A stretch of DNA of 64,000 nt from a phage. This document shows positions 57,550-64,000 of the stretch, piece after piece (position 1 is the stretch's first letter; each line of letters starts with the position of its first letter). The stretch lies in the NCBI GenBank assembly GCA_036930585.1, contig GCA_036930585.1_3066.1; one strand, given 5' to 3'. The position numbers and the translations under genes are program-made. The notes under the pieces were generated by a model, which saw only the letters and a list, made by a program, of their open reading frames with translations, had not been told where the DNA came from and made no database searches.

Positions 57550-57758
57550 TTCGGTTTACCTTCTTTAACGAAATCTGGATAAGGATAAAATCCCGAATAA
57601 AATCCTTCACCTTTATGATTGATGCATCCTTTATTAGAACAATAGCACCAATAATCGAAATCACAAGCCATTTCATCGTTGCATAAAGCAAAAACAACTG
57701 GCCATTTACACTTTTCACAATGGGCATTTTTAAGAATACTAGTTTGGCTCATAACCAT
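57546..57758 (-). CDS. cysteine-rich small protein, 70 aa
   Basis: CEKCKW...CDFDYWCYCSNKGCINH. Confidence 0.5.
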   Translation of the reverse strand: MVMSQTSILKNAHCEKCKWPVVFALCNDEMACDFDYWCYCSNKGCINHKGEGFYSGFYPYPDFVKEGKPK

Positions 57759-57961
57759 GTAACCTTTAAGCAGTATTCTTCTACATGCTGTTTACGACCT
57801 TTCTTATCAATAAAGGTATATTCAACGAATGTTCCAATGTAGTCTTTATCTACATCATGCGGACTATTAATTGGACATTTAGTACGGCAAATGCGTTCCC
57901 ATTGACGAATAATTACTGCCTTATTCTTTGGGTCATATGGATGTGGATAATGTATATTCAT
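57749..57961 (-). CDS. hypothetical protein, 70 aa
   Basis: ATG at 57961 overlapping macro-domain gene stop (ATGA). Confidence 0.45.
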   Translation of the reverse strand: MNIHYPHPYDPKNKAVIIRQWERICRTKCPINSPHDVDKDYIGTFVEYTFIDKKGRKQHVEEYCLKVTWL

Positions 57962-58425
57962 AATAACGGTTCCCAATCAACAATCACAATTTCTAATTTA
58001 GAGGAATATGTATCTAAAATCCCCTCAATAATATCCCAGTTCCCTTTACCTATGCCTGCACCAATCCTAGGCATATAGATTGTAGGTTTAATCAGTTTAT
58101 TTTCACCAAACTCATTTAATTCTAACATACAATTCATTAAAGCGGAATACTCAAAATTTGGCCCTGGTTGAAATTGAGTATAAAGGTTGAAGCAATACGC
58201 TTTATGAGTCCTAAAGTATTTTTCATAGACTGAGTAAGAACCGAGTTTAGTTACATCACCCCATTCAGTCTGTAATTTATCAGCTTCCAAAATTTTAGGG
58301 AAAGCTTTGGTTAATTGACCCGCTACGCCTGAACCCATAGTATGAAAACAATTGCATCCATGCGCAATATTTTTACCTTCAGCGAAAAGGGCGACAATAT
58401 CGCCCTTGATATATTTTACAATCAT
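57958..58425 (-). CDS. macro domain protein (putative ADP-ribose binding/hydrolase), 155 aa
   Basis: GDIVALFAEGKNIAHGCNCFHTMGSGVAGQL and MPRIGAGIGKGNW resemble macro-domain glycine-rich loops. Confidence 0.55.
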   Translation of the reverse strand: MIVKYIKGDIVALFAEGKNIAHGCNCFHTMGSGVAGQLTKAFPKILEADKLQTEWGDVTKLGSYSVYEKYFRTHKAYCFNLYTQFQPGPNFEYSALMNCMLELNEFGENKLIKPTIYMPRIGAGIGKGNWDIIEGILDTYSSKLEIVIVDWEPLL

Positions 58426-58763
58426 CTAGTACTCAATCCTCGATTATAAGAATCTACCAAACGGTCAACCATTGAATGACAAGCGGCTTTATCTTTCTCC
58501 TCCGCAACTGAACATTCTAAGGTATTCCACTTTTTAGCATATCGTTTTAATAATGTATCGTTTTTGTATCTGCTTGATTTATCTCTTTCTCCGTCTTTAT
58601 ATGCATATATTAATTTCTGCGCAAATTCAGCTTGGCATTCTTTATTTTTCCCACAATAATCCGCGGCAGTACGGTTTACATACTCTCTAATTTCAGTATA
58701 TGATGTATCTGCTAACGCAGAAAATGAAATTAATCCTATACATAAAACCAAAATTTTAGTCAT
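58422..58763 (-). CDS. secreted protein with signal peptide, 113 aa
   Basis: MTKILVLCIGLISFSALA signal peptide. Confidence 0.5.
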   Translation of the reverse strand: MTKILVLCIGLISFSALADTSYTEIREYVNRTAADYCGKNKECQAEFAQKLIYAYKDGERDKSSRYKNDTLLKRYAKKWNTLECSVAEEKDKAACHSMVDRLVDSYNRGLSTR

Positions 58764-59301
58764 TTACTATTTCCAAAAGTTTATTATTTTTAAGGTAATT
58801 AGCCTTTTCTAGGACTTCAGAAGCATATTTAGAACCAGCTTTAACATTCCATCCCGAATTATAAGAGGATATTGCTTTTCTTATATCGCCCTTATGTATA
58901 TTTAACCAATAAGAAAGTTCAATGCACGCCCAGGAAGCTGAATTGGATCGTTTATTCAACATTCTTTTTATTTCAGCATCGGTCATATTATAACCAAGTT
59001 CCTTAACTCTTGCTCGCATAGTAGGCAAATAATTTTGGAACATTCCATAAGCGTGATGCTTTGGTTTAGATTTTAAATTAACTCCGCCAGAGCTTTCTTG
59101 CCATAAAATAGCAGCCATTATATGACCTAATCCGCTCTTGCGGATATTTTTGTGTGTTTTATATTTTCCATCCTTAGAAAATTGTTCCCCGAATTGATAC
59201 GCGTAACGCATGTTATCGAGTTGGACATTACTGAAAGTATGCTCGGAGCTATGTGCCATCATTGAAATGGCCAATAGACCAGCGAGTAGTGCTTTTCTCA
59301 T
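58756..59301 (-). CDS. periplasmic lytic transglycosylase-like protein, 181 aa
   Basis: signal peptide; ILWQESSGG...YGMFQ resembles Slt catalytic motif. Confidence 0.5.
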   Translation of the reverse strand: MRKALLAGLLAISMMAHSSEHTFSNVQLDNMRYAYQFGEQFSKDGKYKTHKNIRKSGLGHIMAAILWQESSGGVNLKSKPKHHAYGMFQNYLPTMRARVKELGYNMTDAEIKRMLNKRSNSASWACIELSYWLNIHKGDIRKAISSYNSGWNVKAGSKYASEVLEKANYLKNNKLLEIVND

Positions 59302-59308
59302 GCTTACC

Positions 59309-59770
59309 TCATTGAGTTTTAATTACTGCTTTAGAAGCCTTTCCTGGTAAACGACGACTGTTGATAATTGCCATCCTACATTGAAGTGACGGGTCTTTGA
59401 ACTTCGCGTTAGGTTTACAAACTGTAAATCCAAGCCAAAGATTTCCATCTGTGATTTCTAAACGTCCAGGACGGTATTCAACCCCATCAATAAAATCCTC
59501 ATCAATGTCAGGACGCGGAGGCATACTCAGGAATTCATTAACTTCTAAAACATGGTCTTTTATTTTGTGGAATAATTCAAAAACATATGTCTCATCAATC
59601 TCCCGTTGAATTGCACGATCAAGAAGATGCTGAGAATATTTTAGATGAAACGATGAGACCCCTGCTGCTTTTGATGCCTCACGAATATCATTGTTAATTT
59701 GACGAAACTCCGACTCAAAGTGACGACGAAGCTTATTTCGACGGATAAAAACTTCTGTGTTGATAGTCAT
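59309..59770 (-). CDS. regB: endoribonuclease RegB, 153 aa
   Basis: MTINTEVFIRRNKLRRHFESEFRQINNDIREASKAAGVSSFHLKYSQHLLDRAIQREIDETYVFELF... Confidence 0.9.
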   Translation of the reverse strand: MTINTEVFIRRNKLRRHFESEFRQINNDIREASKAAGVSSFHLKYSQHLLDRAIQREIDETYVFELFHKIKDHVLEVNEFLSMPPRPDIDEDFIDGVEYRPGRLEITDGNLWLGFTVCKPNAKFKDPSLQCRMAIINSRRLPGKASKAVIKTQ

Positions 59771-59797
59771 GTTATTCTCCTCTTAACTGATAGAAAA

Positions 59798-59827
59798 ATT
59801 ATACCACAGTCAAGAGGAAAAGTAAAC
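59798..59827 (-). promoter_or_regulatory. early promoter (GTTTAC-18-TATAAT) upstream of regB
   Basis: minus strand GTTTACttttcctcttgactgtggTATAAT. Confidence 0.5.
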
Positions 59828-59829
59828 AG

Positions 59830-60108
59830 TTATTCTTTAAATCTAATCAATTTATTCATAGACTTTGAAACTTCGGCACGAACCTCATGTAGATTTTTGA
59901 GCTGTTCAAGACGCTGCGTATAGTAAGCAATTTCATCTTCTTCGAGACAGTCCTGTGAATCTTCTTTAAGATACCGTGCATAGTCCTGGAAAGCGTTACG
60001 GACTACTTCCTGGAAGTCATCAAGACTTTGAATTTTCTTAGGAGCAGCAGACACACGACGAGGGGCAGTATAATACTCATAACCAAACCCTGCGCTTAAT
60101 TGAGCCAT
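59830..60108 (-). CDS. hypothetical protein, 92 aa
   Basis: ATG at 60108. Confidence 0.45.
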   Translation of the reverse strand: MAQLSAGFGYEYYTAPRRVSAAPKKIQSLDDFQEVVRNAFQDYARYLKEDSQDCLEEDEIAYYTQRLEQLKNLHEVRAEVSKSMNKLIRFKE

Positions 60109-60374
60109 TAGTATTTTTCCTCTGGTTGGAACACAGCACGACAAGCCCACATACTGGCTTCTTTGAGTTTCGTTTTAGCAATAGCTAACTGATCGAGGCT
60201 TTCAGCATAATTCTTCGCGAGTTCAAAGTCTTCGCAATTATCTAGTGCTTCCCAGAATTCATCATATAAAGCATCAAAGATAAGTCCTAAACGAACTTCA
60301 GCGTCTTTAATAGCATTTACTTTACCGATTTTTTCGTCGGTATGTGGCTTATAACCTTTAATATCTTCAATCAT
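60108..60374 (-). CDS. hypothetical protein, 88 aa
   Basis: ATG at 60374. Confidence 0.45.
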   Translation of the reverse strand: MIEDIKGYKPHTDEKIGKVNAIKDAEVRLGLIFDALYDEFWEALDNCEDFELAKNYAESLDQLAIAKTKLKEASMWACRAVFQPEEKY

Positions 60375-60588
60375 ATTTGACTTCCTCACCAGTACATAAA
60401 TCGTATTCAACTAAACGAATAGGTTCATGAATGCCATATCCTTGAACAGAAATTTCTGTCGTAGGATAAATTCCACTAATATCACCCATATTCCACGCTT
60501 CATTAAATTGCTGTTCGCCTGAATTACTAAACCATTCTGCGAAAGCATTTAACACATCTTTAGAACCTTCAATAATTATCTTTGCCAT
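60367..60588 (-). CDS. hypothetical protein, 73 aa
   Basis: ATG ORF. Confidence 0.5.
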   Translation of the reverse strand: MAKIIIEGSKDVLNAFAEWFSNSGEQQFNEAWNMGDISGIYPTTEISVQGYGIHEPIRLVEYDLCTGEEVKYD

Positions 60589-60949
60589 TACAAGCTCTCA
60601 GTAAAGGTACGAGCGATAACGTCGCGCTGCTGTTCCGGAGTCAGAGAGTTAAAGCGAACTGCATAACCGGATACACGGATGGTCAGCTGCGGATATTTTT
60701 CCGGATGCTTAACTGCATCTTCCAGAGTTTCACGACGCAGAACGTTAACGTTCAGGTGTTGACCACCTTCAATTTTAACTGTAGGCTGTGGTTCAATTTC
60801 AATTTCACGGGCATGCAAACCGTAGAAAATTTCTGGGTCTACAAAAGAGTCCTCTTTAAAGGTTTAGAAACAATAATTCGTGCTTGAATACCATCTTCAA
60901 AATAAATAGTACCTTTATGTGTGCCTTCAAGAATTTGATATGCTTTCAT
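60588..60949 (-). pseudogene. grcA/yfiD-like autonomous glycyl-radical cofactor gene (T4 Y06I-type), interrupted by a 1-nt frameshift in a homopolymer run
   Basis: frame a [36 protein letters not shown]-stop; shifted frame [90 protein letters not shown] (glycyl radical motif RVSGYAV). Confidence 0.75.
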
Positions 60950-60955
60950 ATAACC

Positions 60956-61285
60956 TCAATTAGAAAATAAATTTATCCAAGATTGTTCTTTAATTAAAAA
61001 TGGCTCAGAATCATATGCCATTAAACTCTGTGTGATTAGTCCTTTAAAAGGCCCATCAATAAATTCCATGGTAAAATATGGAATTTTATTCATTAGCCGT
61101 GCATTAGGAGCAGTACATAAAACTCTGCATCCTTTGAATACACCTTTTTGTAATTTGTATTGCTTGGGATAAAATTCGCTCAAAATGTTATTATTTGCTA
61201 AAATTTCAAAATGATTCACCAATTTATTTTTAATAGTTTTTGGCGAAAAATAAAGATATTCGAAAAGCTGTGTGTCTGTCATCAT
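60956..61285 (-). CDS. hypothetical protein, 109 aa
   Basis: ATG ORF. Confidence 0.5.
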   Translation of the reverse strand: MMTDTQLFEYLYFSPKTIKNKLVNHFEILANNNILSEFYPKQYKLQKGVFKGCRVLCTAPNARLMNKIPYFTMEFIDGPFKGLITQSLMAYDSEPFLIKEQSWINLFSN

Positions 61286-61824
61286 TGCATTCCAATCACA
61301 AAAAATTGAGGACGAACTGTTTCACCTGTTTCAGCATTATAGCTTCGACAACAGTGCTGCACAGTTTCAATATGAATATCGTAAATTTTATCCATATCAG
61401 GAGATTTAACAGGCTCATCAATTATATACAAAATTCGTGAAAGCGATAAACCTCTGAACTTGCTACCTCTATTACCAATAAAACTGCGCACAGAATCAGT
61501 AAATAAACGAAAACGTATATCATCATTAGAATAACGCGAAAATTCCTTTTTAATGTTATTTGCAGAAATTTTAGCGTAAGCTGAAGTATTAGATAGAACA
61601 ATAACTGTTCCGCCATCATACAGCCAATTAGCAGCAAAGTTAGTCACAGCAAGTGATTTACCGGATTGACGTCCACCATCTATACGAAGTGTGCAGTACT
61701 GTTTAAGTACGTCTTCAAATGGTGGGACATAACCGTTCTTACAAATTTCTTCTACTCTAGCATCAGAATGGTGTGTAAAAGCATTCATCAGGGATAGATA
61801 AGGTCCAGTTAAAAATGTTCTCAT
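61282..61824 (-). CDS. P-loop NTPase, 180 aa
   Basis: Walker A GGRQSGKS, Walker B-like ILYIIDEP. Confidence 0.55.
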   Translation of the reverse strand: MRTFLTGPYLSLMNAFTHHSDARVEEICKNGYVPPFEDVLKQYCTLRIDGGRQSGKSLAVTNFAANWLYDGGTVIVLSNTSAYAKISANNIKKEFSRYSNDDIRFRLFTDSVRSFIGNRGSKFRGLSLSRILYIIDEPVKSPDMDKIYDIHIETVQHCCRSYNAETGETVRPQFFVIGMQ

Positions 61825-61982
61825 TTAGTTTCTCTTTTAGGTTGGGCCATTCCGTGGCACATGAATTGTCCATTTCTGTATTTACCCATTACCGCACTTG
61901 GGCACGACCTTATTACAGGTTGGCGGGAATCCCTCATAGAATCATGAGGTCCAGGTTGTTCCCATTTTATTTGAATGTAAAT

Positions 61983-62000
61983 AGGCCTAAGTATAGGCCT
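61983..62000 (-). terminator. stem-loop formed by two palindromic AGGCCT sites downstream of ipIII
   Basis: aggcctaagtataggcct. Confidence 0.4.
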
Positions 62001-62002
62001 TA

Positions 62003-62581
62003 TTAATTACCGCGGGCCGCATTAGCGACGGCGTAAGCGTACTGAACATTAGCGTCTTTAAACGTACCTTTAGAGGTATCTATTTCTGCCTTAAAGCCAC
62101 CTTTAGCCATAACATCGGCAAATTCTTTACGGAAAGCCATTGCATCAAGACCTTTCCATGATGATTTATGCTTGGCAAATTCAAGACCAGCGTAGTTGAC
62201 AGCTTTAGCTAATTTATTATCAATAACCCATTTACCGGCTTTAGGCACAAACTTCGGGCCTTTTTGTTTAGAGAACAGTTTTAAATTCCAGCGACGAAGA
62301 TCACTGTCGGCTTTAACAAAAGCTGCATCTAAGTTACTAGCAACAACATCTTCAATATGAGCAAATTTGAGTCCGTCAACTTCAATATTTAGATCGTTAC
62401 GCCAGCGAAGTCCTTCCCAAGCAAAGGCTTTAAAATCAGAAGCCTTTGTAGCTAAGTACCGTTCAATAGGAGCAGTTTTAGGGTCAAAGCCGTTTCCGCC
62501 ACGATAAGTCCACTCGTCCTTATTAATGCCTTGAGCTTTTCCTGCAAAGGCCTCGGCGATAAATTCTTTATACGTTTTCAT
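62003..62581 (-). CDS. ipIII: internal protein III (IPIII) with N-terminal capsid-targeting sequence, 192 aa
   Basis: MKTYKEFIAEAFAGKAQGINKDEWTYRGGNGFDPK... Confidence 0.8.
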   Translation of the reverse strand: MKTYKEFIAEAFAGKAQGINKDEWTYRGGNGFDPKTAPIERYLATKASDFKAFAWEGLRWRNDLNIEVDGLKFAHIEDVVASNLDAAFVKADSDLRRWNLKLFSKQKGPKFVPKAGKWVIDNKLAKAVNYAGLEFAKHKSSWKGLDAMAFRKEFADVMAKGGFKAEIDTSKGTFKDANVQYAYAVANAARGN

Positions 62582-62670
62582 TTTTGTTTCCTTTAAATAT
62601 TTTAATTGGTAATTGTCTATTCAAGTAATTGTGAATATACTATCACAATTCTAGGAGAAAGTAAATAACT

Positions 62671-63639
<969 letters not shown>

Positions 63640-63643
<4 letters not shown>

Positions 63644-63933
63644 TTTAATTTCCTGCAATCACTCACAAACTCTTTCATTGATTCATTTTCAATATAAGAC
63701 ACGTAGTTGTTATATTCTTTTAATTGTATTTTGTAATCCTTTTTTCTTTGCCAATTTATTTTAAAATTATCATAATGAAAATATAACATAATACCAAAGA
63801 ATGAAAATAATGAAATAATTTTAGTATAGTGAAGTTCACTCCAAACTTCTATTATATCTACTGTGCCGTCGATGTTTAAAATAAGACAGTCAATTAACAA
63901 TCCAAAAAGACTACCCGCAAGAGCTGCAGCCAA
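63640..63933 (-). CDS. hypothetical membrane protein, up to 97 aa; start uncertain (TTG only)
   Basis: in-frame stop at 63958-63960 limits N-terminus; no ATG near 5' end. Confidence 0.4.
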
Positions 63934-64000
63934 CGCTACAGCAAAAATTAAAAATGACTCAGGAAGCGAATATTTGACTTTATTTAGTTTTGGCTTTTGC

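Noticed and set aside
57542-57727. 61-aa ORF overlapping the Cys-rich gene
   Set aside because: Alternative frame of the 57546-57758 gene; hydrophobic low-complexity translation without an RBS.
61422-61637. 71-aa ORF inside the P-loop NTPase gene
   Set aside because: Out-of-frame overlap and hydrophobic low-complexity product.
61840-61960. Possible tRNA or small RNA gene in the GC-rich segment downstream of ipIII
   Set aside because: No cloverleaf features found by eye (no GTTCGAATC-type T-loop, no acceptor-stem complement ending in CCA); kept only as an unexplained GC-rich segment in the findings.

Overview
This window is a contiguous early/middle-gene region of a T4-like (T-even, Tevenvirinae) coliphage, running from the 5' part of rIIA to lysozyme e and nudE. 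Nearly every gene is on the minus strand, tightly packed, often with ATGA/TAATG start-stop overlaps. Recognised genes include rIIA, gene 60 with its 50-nt translational bypass, mobA, 39, dexA, dda, srd, modA, modB, soc, 56, dam, 61, 61.2, sp, dmd, 41, 40, uvsX, segA, 42, imm, 43, regA, 62, 44, 45, rpbA, 46, 47, alpha-gt, 55, nrdH, nrdG, 49, pin, nrdC, rI, tk, regB, ipIII, e and nudE. Identifications rest on reading the translations against remembered T4 protein sequences and on conserved gene order; no database search was run. No tRNA, rRNA or CRISPR array was found. Several start codons were re-assigned from GTG/TTG track starts to internal ATGs with Shine-Dalgarno support. The main observations are: (1) lesions in known genes — a -1 frameshift in dam, a +1 frameshift plus 3' truncation of nrdD with nrdG lacking an ATG start, a frameshifted grcA-like gene, and an in-frame TGA near the end of soc; (2) gene content that differs from T4 — a GT-A glycosyltransferase where T4 has beta-gt, no segF, no denV or ipII, an extra single-domain paralog of 61.2 flanked by 49-bp direct repeats, and a lone plus-strand small membrane ORF; (3) uncharacterised accessory clusters — four tandem coiled-coil paralogs, an AAA+ ATPase / DUF4031-like / nucleotidyltransferase cluster, a macro-domain protein, and a P-loop NTPase. 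Three of the four lesions sit in homopolymer or dinucleotide runs, so sequencing error must be excluded before calling them biological.
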